From assembly GCA_963555825.3 (NCBI GenBank), contig CAUVXB020000001.1, positions 1,760,001-1,824,000 of the forward strand: a DNA stretch of 64,000 nt. Reading direction: 5' to 3'. The notes beneath the pieces were generated by a model. That model made no database searches and was not told the origin of the DNA. It worked only from the letters and a program-made list of their open reading frames with translations. The stretch comes from Alphaproteobacteria bacterium. Its GTDB lineage: Bacteria; Pseudomonadota; Alphaproteobacteria; JAAXGF01. This document shows, piece by piece, positions 43,277 to 54,840 of this stretch (positions are counted from its first letter, which is position 1; every line of letters begins with the position of its first letter). The position numbers and the translations under genes were made by a program.

Positions 43277-44154
43277 CAGACCTTCTCGCGCGTGCCCAAG
43301 AGGCCCTGGGGCCGGATCACGAGCACGAGCAGCATCAGTACCAGCCCGAGGATGCTGGCGATGGTGCCGTCGAAATAGGTCGTCACGAAGGTGTGGAAGA
43401 ACATGTAGACGAAGGCCGCGACGACGGCGCCCTCGAGACTGCCGATGCCGCCGACGATGATGACGATGAAGGCGGTGATGATGGCGCCGTGGCCCATGTA
43501 GGGATCGACCTGCACCAAGGGCGACATGATGCCACCCGCGGCGCCCGCCAGCCCGCCGCCGATCGCCATCGCCAACAGCGAGGTCTTGTCGATGCCGATG
43601 CCCTGCAGCGCGGCGGCCTCGGGGTCCTGGGCGCAGGCGCGCAACGCCCAGCCAGTCCGCGTGCGGTGCAGGAACAACCACAGCCCGCCAAGGATGAGCG
43701 GCGCGGCGGCGATCACCACGATGCGCTGCCAGGGCACCGCGACGCCCGCCATGCCGAACGGCTCGACGGTGCCCGGATAGGCCGGCGGGATGTGCTTCAT
43801 CAGGCCGACGCCGAACAAGTCGGCGGCCAGCACCTGGAGGATGAACAGCGCGCCGACCGACATGATCAGCCCGCCCAGCGGGTTACCGCGCATCGGCCGG
43901 AACAGGGCGCGTTCCATCATCATGCCGATCACCGAGACCAGGATGATCGCGGCGGCGACCGCGACGAGGAACGGCCAGCCCTGCGTCGCGTAGAGGTACC
44001 AGACCGAATAGGCGCCGACCATGTAGAGCTCGCCATGGGCGAAGTTGATGACCTTCATGACGCCGAAGATCAGCACCAGCCCGACCGCCATGACGGCGGC
44101 GAAGCTGCTCGCGACGAGCGCGTTGGCGATGGTCTGTAAGACGAGATCGGACAC
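43276..44154 (-). CDS. Branched-chain-type ABC permease (LivH-like)
   Basis: GLVLIFGVMKVINFAHGE, RACAQDPEAAALQGI, IVGGIGS, IRPQGLLG. Confidence 0.9.
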   Translation of the reverse strand: MSDLVLQTIANALVASSFAAVMAVGLVLIFGVMKVINFAHGELYMVGAYSVWYLYATQGWPFLVAVAAAIILVSVIGMMMERALFRPMRGNPLGGLIMSVGALFILQVLAADLFGVGLMKHIPPAYPGTVEPFGMAGVAVPWQRIVVIAAAPLILGGLWLFLHRTRTGWALRACAQDPEAAALQGIGIDKTSLLAMAIGGGLAGAAGGIMSPLVQVDPYMGHGAIITAFIVIIVGGIGSLEGAVVAAFVYMFFHTFVTTYFDGTIASILGLVLMLLVLVIRPQGLLGTREKV

Positions 44155-44179
44155 GTTTTTGTCACCGCCTTGTATGAAA

Positions 44180-44208
44180 AGAACCGGAGCGCACGGCGCC
44201 CCGGTTCT
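44180..44208 (-). other. Intercistronic stem-loop after the binding-protein gene
   Basis: AGAACCGG-N13-CCGGTTCT inverted repeat; likely mRNA stabiliser or attenuator. Confidence 0.5.
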
Positions 44209-44258
44209 CGTCACTTCGACGCTCGAGACGGACCAGGCTCGGACGCCGGCCCTCAGGG

Positions 44259-45533
44259 CTAGCTGCGCTGGTACCACATCTCGCCGAGCGCCTCGAAGTG
44301 CTTGATCATGATGTCCTTGTTCTTGTCCCACCACGCCGGGATGCTCTTGAACGCGACGATCTTGGCCTTGCCGTTCTGGATCTGCACGACCGGCCAGTCG
44401 CCGACCAACGCGTTGTCGACGCCGAACAGCTCCTTGCCCCACCAGTTGGACTTGCCGAACGCGTGGTCGCCGGTGCCGTCTTGCTTCATCGCCGCGAGGA
44501 CGTCCAGCGGCTCGACGCTGCCCGCCGTCTCGGCGGCGATCTTCCACAGATCGAGGATCGAGACGTATTCCCACGAGACCGCCGACCAGGTGCCCGGATA
44601 GCGCTCGCTGTAGGTCTTGAAGAATGCGCCGGGGTTCTTGAAGGTGATCTTGGGATCGTTGAGCGCGGCGTCGTCGAAATCGGGGAACTGGAAGACGAAG
44701 CCCTCGCAGAATTCCGCGCTCGTCTTCTCGATGACCTGCGGATAGAAATCGAAGGTGCAGGAGATGATCTGCCCTTTGAAGCCCTGCAGGAAGGCCTGTT
44801 CGGTGATCAGGTTGACGAAGTCGGCGTAAGCCGTATCGAGGCACAGGATGTCGGGCTTGGTCGCCAGCATCGCGGTGACGATCGGCGCGAAGTCGGCGGT
44901 GTCGATGCCGAAGAACTTGTCGTAGACGACGTCGATGCCGGCCGCTTCGAAGGCCGCGCGGTAGGTCGCCACCGAGGGCCGGCCGAGTTCGTCGTCCTGG
45001 GCGCAGATCGCCGCGGTCTTGAGGCCCGGGTTGTTCTCGGCGAGCCACTCGACGCCGGTCACGTTGTAGATCGGGTGCACCTCGCAGGGCGCCAGGTGAT
45101 ACTTGGTGTCGGGCGACAGGTCGGAAGGCAACAGCGTCGTCGACAGAATCTTCTTGCGCGTCAGCCAGGGCACCGCGCCGGCGGCGTCGGTGCCGCCCAG
45201 CATGAGGATCATCTTGACGTCGTCCTCGAGCACCTGCTTCTTGGCGCCCTGCAGCGCCTTGTCGCTGAGGTATTCGTTGTCGAACGACACCAGCTCGACC
45301 ATATGCGCTTCGCCGCCGATGTCGACACCGCCCGCCGCGTTGACCTGCTCGACCCAGATCTCGCAGCCGTTGAGGCCGGGCAGGCCCCAGGCCGCGACCT
45401 CGCCGGTCAGCGGCGCGTTGAAGCCGATCTTGACCGTTTTGGCGCCGAAGCCGGGCTTCGGCGCGACGCTCGCCGCCGCGACGCCTGCGGCGGTCGTGGC
45501 GATGAATTTCCTGCGGCTCAGTCGTGTCGTCAT
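44259..45533 (-). CDS. ABC substrate-binding protein (Leu/Ile/Val-binding family), Tat-exported
   Basis: SRRKFI twin-arginine leader; VKIG..APLTG..A.WG, VNAAGG. Confidence 0.9.
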   Translation of the reverse strand: MTTRLSRRKFIATTAAGVAAASVAPKPGFGAKTVKIGFNAPLTGEVAAWGLPGLNGCEIWVEQVNAAGGVDIGGEAHMVELVSFDNEYLSDKALQGAKKQVLEDDVKMILMLGGTDAAGAVPWLTRKKILSTTLLPSDLSPDTKYHLAPCEVHPIYNVTGVEWLAENNPGLKTAAICAQDDELGRPSVATYRAAFEAAGIDVVYDKFFGIDTADFAPIVTAMLATKPDILCLDTAYADFVNLITEQAFLQGFKGQIISCTFDFYPQVIEKTSAEFCEGFVFQFPDFDDAALNDPKITFKNPGAFFKTYSERYPGTWSAVSWEYVSILDLWKIAAETAGSVEPLDVLAAMKQDGTGDHAFGKSNWWGKELFGVDNALVGDWPVVQIQNGKAKIVAFKSIPAWWDKNKDIMIKHFEALGEMWYQRS

Positions 45534-45773
45534 ATCGGTTCCCTCCCTGGTCCGATGATCCGCTCCCCACGGCTTGGCGCGGATAAGCGGGCGGCCGCGT
45601 TACGCGCGGTCGATTTTCATTGCTTCAACGGATATCGGCTGGCCCGGAGGCTGTCAAGCGGACTCTGGGAAGGTGGCGACGCGCTTGCTCCGGTCCTTTG
45701 GCATGCTCTAACATCCCGCCCTTGAGACAACGCCGCCGATCGGCGGCCAGAACAAGCAGATTCAGGGGAGACC

Positions 45774-47168
45774 ATGACTGATACCAAGATGTGGGGGTCC
45801 GAGGAGTTCTGGGGACTGGGGTTCGAATACGATCCGCAGTGGTTGCTCACCCCGGCGCAGCAGGAGCTGCAGGCCAAGCTGATCAAGCTCTGCCAGACCA
45901 CGCTCCGCGACAACGCGGTCGAGAGCGACAAGAACCTGATCTTTCCGCGCAAGAACTTCGAGGCGCTCGCCTCGCTCGGTCTCCTAGGGCTCCTGGTGCC
46001 CAAGGAATGGGGCGGCCTCGGCGAGAACCACGTCTGCGCCACCATGGCGGTCGAGACCATCGCGCGCTACGGCTGCGCCTCGACCGCGATGTGCTACACC
46101 ATGCACATCGGCGCGGTCGCCGCCGCCATGCTGCGCGCCCATGGCAACCCGACCATTCAGGACGTCATGAAGCGGCTCGACAAGGACGTCTTCATCGGCA
46201 CGCTGTCGTACTCCGACCCCGAGACCGGCGGCCACTTCTGGTATCCCTTCTCGTCGGGCGCCGAGCGTGTCGAGGACGGCTGGAAGGTGCTCAAGAAGTC
46301 GTCGTGGACGACCTCGGGCGGCTTCGCCGACTGGTACATCGTACAGACCACCAGCCCCGACTTCGACGGCGATTATTCGAACCTGTCGTGCTTCATGATC
46401 ATGGGCGGCGAGGTCAAGGCCGAGCCCACCAAGTGGGATGGCATGGGGCTGCGCGGCAACCAGTCGGGCACGCTGCTGGTCGACAACATCGTCATCCCCG
46501 CCGACCGCATGGTCGGCCCCGTCGGCGACGGCGCGTCGTCGAACGACGAGGCGGTCGACCCGTTCTTCCTGATGTGCTCGTCGGCCTGCTGGAACGGCAT
46601 CTCGCTCGGCATGATCGACATCACCAAGCGCCACACCACGGCCAAGAAGCACGTCGACGTCGGCATGCGGGTGTGCGACTACCCGACGATTCAGGACTAC
46701 GTCGGCGAGGCGATCATCGATACCAACGCCGCGCGCGCCATGAACTACCAGATGGCCAAGGCGATGGACGACCTGACCAACGGCTGCGACTGGTCGATCC
46801 ATGCGGACGACGTCGGCAACCTGCCGCGCGCGGGCGTGCTGCATTGGATGTGGATGCTCAAGTTCACCGCCGCCAAAACGGTGGCCAACGTCTCGGACAA
46901 GATGCTGCACGCCTGCGGCGGCACCGGTTACAAGCCCGGTCTCGGCATCGAGCGCTACCTGCGCGACGCCAAGGCGGGCTGGGTCATGGGCCCGTCGAAC
47001 GAGGTGCTGCGCCAGTTCGTCGGCAAGTCGGCGCTCTTGGGCTTCGATTCGCTCGATTATTGGAACACTTCCGTGAACCAGCGCGTGCTCGACAACGAGA
47101 TCAAGAAGCTCGACGCCGACGCCAAGAAGGCGCTCGCCGAGAAGCTCATGGCCGACGCCGGCGACTGA
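45774..47168 (+). CDS. Acyl-CoA dehydrogenase-family flavoprotein
   Basis: VPKEWGGLG, SDPETG, WDGMGLRGNQS, CGGTGY...IERYLRDA. Confidence 0.9.
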   Translation: MTDTKMWGSEEFWGLGFEYDPQWLLTPAQQELQAKLIKLCQTTLRDNAVESDKNLIFPRKNFEALASLGLLGLLVPKEWGGLGENHVCATMAVETIARYGCASTAMCYTMHIGAVAAAMLRAHGNPTIQDVMKRLDKDVFIGTLSYSDPETGGHFWYPFSSGAERVEDGWKVLKKSSWTTSGGFADWYIVQTTSPDFDGDYSNLSCFMIMGGEVKAEPTKWDGMGLRGNQSGTLLVDNIVIPADRMVGPVGDGASSNDEAVDPFFLMCSSACWNGISLGMIDITKRHTTAKKHVDVGMRVCDYPTIQDYVGEAIIDTNAARAMNYQMAKAMDDLTNGCDWSIHADDVGNLPRAGVLHWMWMLKFTAAKTVANVSDKMLHACGGTGYKPGLGIERYLRDAKAGWVMGPSNEVLRQFVGKSALLGFDSLDYWNTSVNQRVLDNEIKKLDADAKKALAEKLMADAGD

Positions 47169-47192
47169 GTCGCGTTACACCGCGCAAACCAC

Positions 47193-48245
47193 TAGAGCGT
47201 GACTGTTTTAGATTGAAGCATATCCGGCGTTGCTGATGTAGTTGGCGCATTCTTGGGCGGTGAACTGGTCGAGCAGCCTGCCGACGCGTCGCCAGGTGTC
47301 CTCGACGGTTCGTTCGGCGGCCTTTCGCATCAGGGTCTTGAGCTTGGAGAAGACCTGCTCGATGGGGTTCAAGTCGGGCGAGTAAGGCGGTAGGAACAGC
47401 AGTTTGGCGCCGGCGGCGCGGATGGCGCGGCGTACGGCCTTTCCCTTGTGGGAACCGAGATTGTCCATGATGACGATGTCGCCCGGCGCCAAGGTCGGCA
47501 CCAGGAATTGCTCGACGTAAGCCGTGAAGGCGCGGCCGTTGATCGGCCCATCGAGCACCAGGGGCGCGTCGATCCGATCGACGCGCAAGGCGGCCAGGAA
47601 GGTCAGCGTGCGCCACCGCCCGTACGGCGCCTTGGCGACCAAACGCTGGCCCCGTTGCGCGCGGCCATGGCGCCGCGTCATGTTCGTCTTCACCCAGGTC
47701 TCATCGATGAAGACCAGCCGACCTGGCGCCAGCCGGCCCTGATACTTCTTCCAGCGCGCACGCCGGCGGGCCACGTCAGGCCGGTCTTGCTCGGCTGCGT
47801 GCAGGCTTTTTTTTGAACGTGATGCCTTGTGCCTTTAGGAAGTGCCAGACCGCGTAGTTGCTGACCACGATGCCGCGCGCCGCCAGCTCCGCCCGCAGCG
47901 CCCGCAACGTCAGGTCCGGCTTCTCGGCAAGCCGCGATAGAACCCAACCGCGATGCGCCGCCAGGGCAAACGGCCGACGGCCACCCATCGGCAACGTCGC
48001 CGCACTGCCCGTCGCCCGATAGCGCTGCGACCACTTCACGACGCTCGACACCGAAACACCAAAGCTCGATGCAACGTCGCGAACCGTACGACCGCTCTCA
48101 ACCGCCGCGACAACCCGCTCGCGCAAGTCCAGGGAATAAGGTCGTGCCATACATGCTGGCCTCCTTCTCCAGCCAGCATCTTGAATCACATCTTCACGAC
48201 CCTGGGAATCCCCTTTACGATTCCATCACGAAAAACCACGCTCTA
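47193..48245 (-). mobile_element. IS630-family element (type A), complete, -1 frameshift
   Basis: TA-GAGCGTG ends on both sides; orfA from 48150 (MARPYSLDLRERV), A7G slippery site, orfB to 47208. Confidence 0.9.
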
Positions 48246-48329
48246 ATACGCTATGGACACTCTTTACCATCCGCTAGAAGGCCGCGTAGTGGTGGGCAAC
48301 ATCAACCAACGACAGCAGACGAAAATCAA

Positions 48330-48447
48330 ATGAGCCAGAAATACGACAAGCTGAAAACCCTGCTGAAGGAATTCTTCCAGATGGACCAGTCCGACCTGGA
48401 TTTCGGCCTCTACCGCGTCATGCATACGAAGAGTGCCGAGTTGTCGC
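48330..48447 (+). pseudogene. N-terminal fragment resembling a type III R-M Mod subunit
   Basis: MSQKYDKLKTLLKEFFQMDQSDLDFGLYRVM recalls Mod N-termini; homology then breaks off. Confidence 0.55.
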
Positions 48448-51400
48448 AGATCGCCCGCCGGTGGTCCAGACCCGCCGAATCCAGGCAACGACAGCGCCGA
48501 AAGCGAAGGTTTCGGCGCCGCGGTCGCTGCAGCCGAGCCCGGGGCCTCAAGCTCGAACCGCCAGGTCTTCAACTGTGTTGGCGTGACGCCGGACTCTGCA
48601 GCCGCACTGCTATGCCTCGCACCCAGTTCCGACAGGCGGACAACCGACTGTTCCTTGTATCCCAGCGAAAATCGCGCCGCCCTGGCATCCCTTCCGCCAT
48701 CGGTGCGTCGGCCCAGAAGGGCGAGACCGGCCCGTCGTCGGCGAACGCCTCCTCCCAGGCAAGAAGCCCCCAGGGCGCGGCCTCCAGGCCGGCCTCGGTC
48801 TGCCTGCGAATCGGGATGGGCTCGCCTTCCGGGCCGGACGTGCGATCCGCCGCGGCAAGCGACACCGGACGAGCCCGAACCCTGCCGGGCGCGCGCCACC
48901 TGCCCGTGGCGATCCCCAAAGAGGGCGCCCGGTGCCGGCATTCTCAGACGTGCCGCCGGTCGGGCGCATCTCCCCTGCCCGGCCAATGCCACCCGGACCG
49001 GCGGACAAGGACAACCGCGCCGCGTCCCCGCCTGCCCTACCAGCGCGCCGTGACCCTGAGACCGATCTCGTTATCGGGCTCGCGATCGTCGTTCGCAGGC
49101 TCCCGCCGGGTCGCGTTGAGCGAGACGTCGAACTTCACCCGGTCGCTCCGCGCGAGTGCGAGCCGCCAGCCCACCCTGTAATCGCGGTCCGCATTGGACA
49201 GCCCGACGCCAACCTCCAGCGTGCCCGTGAACCGGTCGCCGAACAGCGGAAACCCGTAGCCGAGAGTCGCCTCGAGACGGCGCCGCTGCAGATCGCCGCC
49301 GCCGTCGTTGGCCGCAAGACCCTCCAGCGTGCGCCGCGACAGAAATGCATTCATCCCGCCCGTTGCCGACCCGCCCACCGTCTGGCGCAGCCTGAAGGCG
49401 AAGCCCCGCTCCGACGCCGGGTCGGGATCCCAGGCGAGCGAGCCCGCGATGCCGCGTTCGCGCAAGCCCCCCGCCTCATGGGTGAGCAGCCCGCGGGCCT
49501 GCACCTCCGCCTCGACCCCGGAGCTCGGGTCCGACCAGGCGAGACCCGCCCCGATATCCGCGCCGTAGCCGGTCTCCGCGTCGCCGCCGTCATGGCGCAC
49601 GCCGATCTCGAAGCTCGGCACCAGCCGCCCGCCGCCGAGCCCGAGCTCCAGCGATCCCTCAAGCCCCAACCGCAGCCGCGTGACCTCCGCCTTGGCCGCC
49701 GCCATCGCACCCGGAACCGCCTCCGAGCTCGTGCGCACGATGAAGCCGTCGGAGACGAGCGCAAGCTCCGCACCGCCGCCCTCCGCCGGGCTCAGGAGCT
49801 CGCCGCGCAGCCCCGCTCCCGCCATCGTCAGATCCATGTCAGCGTCGATCCGGGGTTCCGCCTCGGGCTTCAGCATGAGCTCCCCCGACCCGTAGCCGAG
49901 CGTGCCCCACAACGACAGGCGTTCGCTCACCCGATAGCGCCCGTAGGGATAGACCCCGGTCAGGGTCGATTCCACCTCGCCCCTGCTGCGCGGGCTGCGG
50001 TACCCCCCTTCGCCCCACGAATGCGACACCAGCAGCCCCACCGTTGCCCGCTCGCGCGTCCAGTCGGCCCCCACCATGGCGCTCGTCACCTCGCCGTCGA
50101 GCGAGAGATCGCCCTCGCGGCCGTCGAAGCGCGAGACCGCGGCCCGGCCCCACAGCGCACCGAAGCCGCCCTGCTGCGTCCCGGCCGTCAGCGCAAAGGA
50201 GCTCCCGACCAGAAGGTCGCGCTCCGTCACCGCCCGCGAGCGGAAGCCGGCGCCGTCTTCCTCATCGTCCTCGCCGCGCAACCAGCCGGAGAGCGCCTCC
50301 AGCCGCGTCTCCGCCTCCCGCGCCTCCGACCCGCCCGGCGGCGCCACGCCGCCAATCCGCTCGCCCGCCAGGCTCACCTCGACTCCCGGACGCCGTGCCG
50401 CCTCGAGACGGTTCTCCACCGCCCCCATCACCTGCTCCGCGACCGTGCGCCCAAAGCGCGCGATCCATGCCTTGGGTAGCGGATCGCTGTTCTTGATGGT
50501 CCCGGTCGCCGTGCCGTCCGCGATCCGCACGTACTCCGACGGCGACGGATTGGTAAGCGTCAGCGTCAGCGTCTCCGAGTCTTCGTCGTGCGAATCGTCC
50601 AGCACCGGCACCGAAACCGTCTTGCTGGTCTCCAGCGCCGCGAAGCTCAGCCTCCCCGACGTCTCCGTGTAGTCCGAACCCGCCCTGGCCGTGCCGTCCG
50701 AGGTCGCATACTCCACCGCCGTCTCGTCGAACCGTGCTCTGCTCAGCCTCACGGTGAACTCAAGCGTCGCATCCGCCCCTTCCTCGACCTCCGCGTCCGC
50801 CACCGAGAGCGTCGCCAGCCCCTGGATCGACACGCTCGCCGTCCCTTCGATCTTCCGCCCGGCCGCGGTGCACACCGCGCCCGGTCTCCCCGCAGGCCGG
50901 CAGCGCCGAGGCCAGCGACAGGCTCACCGCGCCGTCGCCAGCCGGTTTCACGACGATGTCGAACTCGAGGTCGGCCGGCGGGTCGACCCTTCGTGCTCCG
51001 GTGATGGTGCCGCCTTTCACCGTGAACATCGTGTCGCGCACCGTCTTGTAGCTCACGTCCGGTTCCATGTTGAACGTGAGCCGCACTTCGAACGTGCCGC
51101 TTCCCTTGTGCTCGGCCGGGCCGCTGAGGGACGCGGTGAGCGCTTTGCCCGCTATCGTTGCCGATGCCGGTCGCGAGAGCGGCCGCCCGCCGATGCACAC
51201 CGCGGCCGTCTCGCTGCACGCATGCGCGGGCAGCGTGAGCGTGATGTCGTAGCCCTGCGAGGGCTTGACCGTCACATTCCATTCGCGGTCGCTTGCGTCC
51301 GTCACCCGCAATGCCTTGGTCACCGTCCCGCCGGTCACCTCGAGCAGCGAGTCGCGCACCGTCTTGTCGCTCAAGCCCCGGGGCTCGGCGCTGAAGCTCA

Positions 51401-52262
51401 ACTTCACCGTGAACGGCTTTTCCCCGTCATGCGACGACGGCATCCCGCTGAAATACGCCGTGGGTCCGTCCGCCACACCGCGCGTCGCCCGCGCCGGCAC
51501 CGGCTCCGGCACCGCCGACTCGGCCACCCCGTCGTGCGCGAGATCCGCATCGATGGTGCTGTCCGCCGTCGACACGATGGTGCCGCCGTTCAGCGCCAGG
51601 CTGTCGCCCGTCACCTGCATCGTGTCGTGCGGGCCCTCGCCGTCGGCCAGCGTGTAGCCGAACACCAGCTTCGCCGTCCCCGAGCCGCTCGCGTAGGCCG
51701 CGCTCTGCGCCTGCGTGCCCAACAGCAGGCCGATCGACGGCGTACCGCCGGCGGTTTCCACGCTCACCGGCTCGCTGAAGGTGAGCTGCACCTCCACCGT
51801 CTCGCCCGCCGTCCACAAGCCGTCCGTGCCCGCCTCGCTCAGAACCGGCACTCCCACGACCACCGGCGCCGCCACGACCACCGGCGCCTCGAGCTGGTTG
51901 TTCACTATCGTGCCGTGCGCGAGGTCCGCATCGACGCCATTGTCCGTCTTCCACACGATGGCGCCGCCGCGCACCCGCAGCGTGTCGGGGAGCACCTTCA
52001 CCGACTCGAACGAGTCCCCGCCCGCCAGCCTGTGCTCGAACACCAGCGCCGCCGTCCCCGAGCCGCTCGCGTACACCGCGTCACGTTCCTCAATCACGCC
52101 CCCGGTGTCGTACCCCACCACCAGCTTCGGCGCGAGCCCGCCCGCCGGGGTCGTCACCACCACCGGCTGGTTCCACTCCACCGTCACCTGGAGCGTCCCG
52201 CCCGCCGTGTAGGGCCCCGACGCCGGGCTCACCGCGACCAACTCCACCTGCGGCATGATGCG

Positions 52263-52610
52263 GCACTGCACCCCCACGGCTTCGCGCGGGCGGCAATTGT
52301 GCACCCCCACGGCCAGGTTTCCTTGGCGCGGGCAAGCGAGCAGACTCGTCTCGTTGCCTTCGCAGTTGACATTGTCCAGCCACATCCGCATGCCGGCGGG
52401 CGTCGGGCCGAAGTACGGAGGCAAGGAGCGGCCCTGTTCGTCCCGGGTGCGTCCCCTGTTGTCCACCGCGCCCAGTTTCCACTCGAGGATACTGCACACC
52501 ACGCCCGCCTCCACGTCCGTCCAGTAGTCGTCGCAGACCGTCCCCCACTGGCCTTCGTGGCGTATCTCCAGGCGGCCCTCGTGGTCTCCCGTGCCGTCCA
52601 CCAGGCGAAG
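52263..52610 (-). other. SRCR (scavenger receptor cysteine-rich) domain, 6-Cys group A pattern
   Basis: LRLVDG...EGRLEIRHEGQWGTVCDDYW...VVC...WLDNVNCEGNETSLLAC...HNC...EAVGVQC. Confidence 0.9.
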
Positions 52611-53210
52611 CTCCGCGCCGAGGGGCTCGTCGTCGTCCCGGATGGTCAAACGCTCGGCGTACGGGTGCCAAACGAGCCCGGACTCCTCCATTCCCACCAC
52701 GTCCACCGTCCCTGTCACGACCAGATTTTTGTCTGGACCGTCGACGTCATCGTCCACCGCGCTAATGGTCACGGTTCCCGTGCTGGCCTTCTCTCCCGCT
52801 GGGATCGTCAACACCGTGCCGATCTGGGTGAAGTCACCGGATGCCGTCGTCGTCCCGACCGGCGCCGCCGATATCGTCACCTCGACCGCTTGAGCCACCT
52901 TGTCCTTGGCTACCTTCGTGTTCAGCCTCGCCGTCACCGTGCTCTGACCACCGTTCTCAGAGATGCTGGCCGGGGTAACCTCCAGCGTCACCCGGGGTAC
53001 GGCCTCGTCCTCGAAGATGTTCCAGTCGCTGTGCTTGCCGACCCGATTCCGGTCTATGCCGGTTACCGACGCGATGTCGAGGACGACCCTTCTGTGGAAG
53101 AGCGGCCCGTAGTACTCGTCGTTCGAGGACGCAAGCGTGACATCACCCGTGCTGCGCATCTCGCCGGCGCTTATGGTCAATGTGCGGTTGGCGCTCAACG
53201 TGTAATCGTC

Positions 53211-54588
53211 GAGCTATAGCTGAATCTTGGTGATGGAGAATGAAGGCGGCGTATCCTGGCGTTGATGAAGACGCCAATTTTCCGAAGAAAGGGATACGCC
53301 ATGAAAGACGATACAGTTGTTGCGTTGCGCCAGCCAGAGTCATTTTCCGACGATCCGCTGACGGAGATATTGCGCGCCGGCGCCCGGCAGTTGCTTGGCC
53401 AGGCGATTGAAGCGGAAGTTGCCGCCCATATTGAAGCCCATGCCGATTTGACCGACGCTTCGGGCCGGCGCCGTATTGTCCGTCACGGGCACATGCCGGA
53501 ACGCGAGGTTCAGACCGGGATCGGAGCTGTGACGGTGAAGCGGCCAAGAGTGCGAGACCGAGATCCACAGGCCACGGGCGGGCGCATCCGTTTCACGTCA
53601 TCGATCCTGCCGCCTTATCTCAGGCGCGCCAAGTCGGTCGAGGCGCTTCTGCCCTGGCTTTATCTGAAGGGCATCTCCAGCGGCGACTTTTCGGAGGCCC
53701 TGGCGGCGCTGCTGGGACCGGACGCGCCGGGCCTGACGGCCAGCACCATTGGCCGGCTGAAAGCGGTCTGGTGGGACGAATACGAAGCCTGGCAAAAGCG
53801 CGACCTTTCGGCTCGGCGCTACGTCTATTTTTGGGCCGACGGGGTCTACTTCTCGCCTCGCATGGACCATGACAAACAGTGTGTTCTGGTGATCATCGGC
53901 GCCGACGCCATGGGCAACAAGGACATCGTCGGCATGGTCGACGGTTATCGAGAGAGCGCGCAAAGCTGGAAGGAACTGCTGCTTGATCTCAAGCGCCGGG
54001 GCTTGGAGACCGGCCCCGAGTTGGCCGTCGGCGACGGCGCCTTGGGCTTCTGGAAGGCGCTACGCGAGGTTTACGGAGAGACCAGGGTGCAGCGTTGCTG
54101 GGTCCACAAGACCGCCAACGTGCTCAACCAGATGCCCAAATCCCTGCAGGCCAAAGCCAAGGGCCATCTGCACGACATCTGGATGGCCGAGACTAGGGCC
54201 GACGCCGAAGCCGCCTTCGACTTCTTCATCGCAGCCTACGGCGCAAAATACCACAAGGCCGCAGAGCGCCTGGTCAAGGACCGTGAACGCCTGCTGAGCT
54301 TCTACGACTTCCCGGCCGAGCACTGGAAGCACATCCGCACCACCAACCCCATCGAAAGCACCTTCGCCACGGTGCGCCTGAGGACCGTGAAGACCAAGGG
54401 GTGCCTGAGCCGCAAGACGGCGCTCGCCATGGCCTTCAAACTGATCTTGAGTGCCAGGCGGAAATGGCGGAAGCTGGACGGATCAAATCAACTCGCCGAA
54501 CTCGTCGAAGGAGTGCCGTTCAAGGACGGAATCAAGATAACCAAACACGCCGCCTGATAGCTCCGTCACCAACTTTCGGACATAGCTC
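53211..54588 (+). mobile_element. IS256 type C, copy 3, intact left IR
   Basis: 9-bp TSD GTAATCGTC; uninterrupted GAGCTATAGCTGAATCTTGGTGATGGAG. Confidence 0.92.
53262..54557 (+). CDS. IS256-family transposase
   Basis: Same protein as 32034-33329. Confidence 0.92.
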   Translation: MMKTPIFRRKGYAMKDDTVVALRQPESFSDDPLTEILRAGARQLLGQAIEAEVAAHIEAHADLTDASGRRRIVRHGHMPEREVQTGIGAVTVKRPRVRDRDPQATGGRIRFTSSILPPYLRRAKSVEALLPWLYLKGISSGDFSEALAALLGPDAPGLTASTIGRLKAVWWDEYEAWQKRDLSARRYVYFWADGVYFSPRMDHDKQCVLVIIGADAMGNKDIVGMVDGYRESAQSWKELLLDLKRRGLETGPELAVGDGALGFWKALREVYGETRVQRCWVHKTANVLNQMPKSLQAKAKGHLHDIWMAETRADAEAAFDFFIAAYGAKYHKAAERLVKDRERLLSFYDFPAEHWKHIRTTNPIESTFATVRLRTVKTKGCLSRKTALAMAFKLILSARRKWRKLDGSNQLAELVEGVPFKDGIKITKHAA

Positions 54589-54840
54589 GTAATCGTCGGC
54601 CCTCACCGTGTGGTCCACGTGCGCTTCGTCAACACCGATCGTTACCGTCACGTCGTCGGACAACGGCTGGCTCAGGTGCGCGATGACCTTGCTGGTCTCG
54701 CCCTCGACCACATGTGCCGGCACCGGCGAGACCGTCAGCCGCGCACTGGTGGTATCGTCATCGAGGGTGTAGACGAAGATGGGGTCGTTGAATCGCACGA
54801 AGGCGTTGTCAGTAGACGGGACGAGCCTCACCAGGACTAA

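Noticed and set aside
41487-45570. Extended ORFs of 539, 465 and 764 aa
   Set aside because: N-terminal extensions are alternate frames of upstream genes; real starts inferred at 42272, 43276 and 44154
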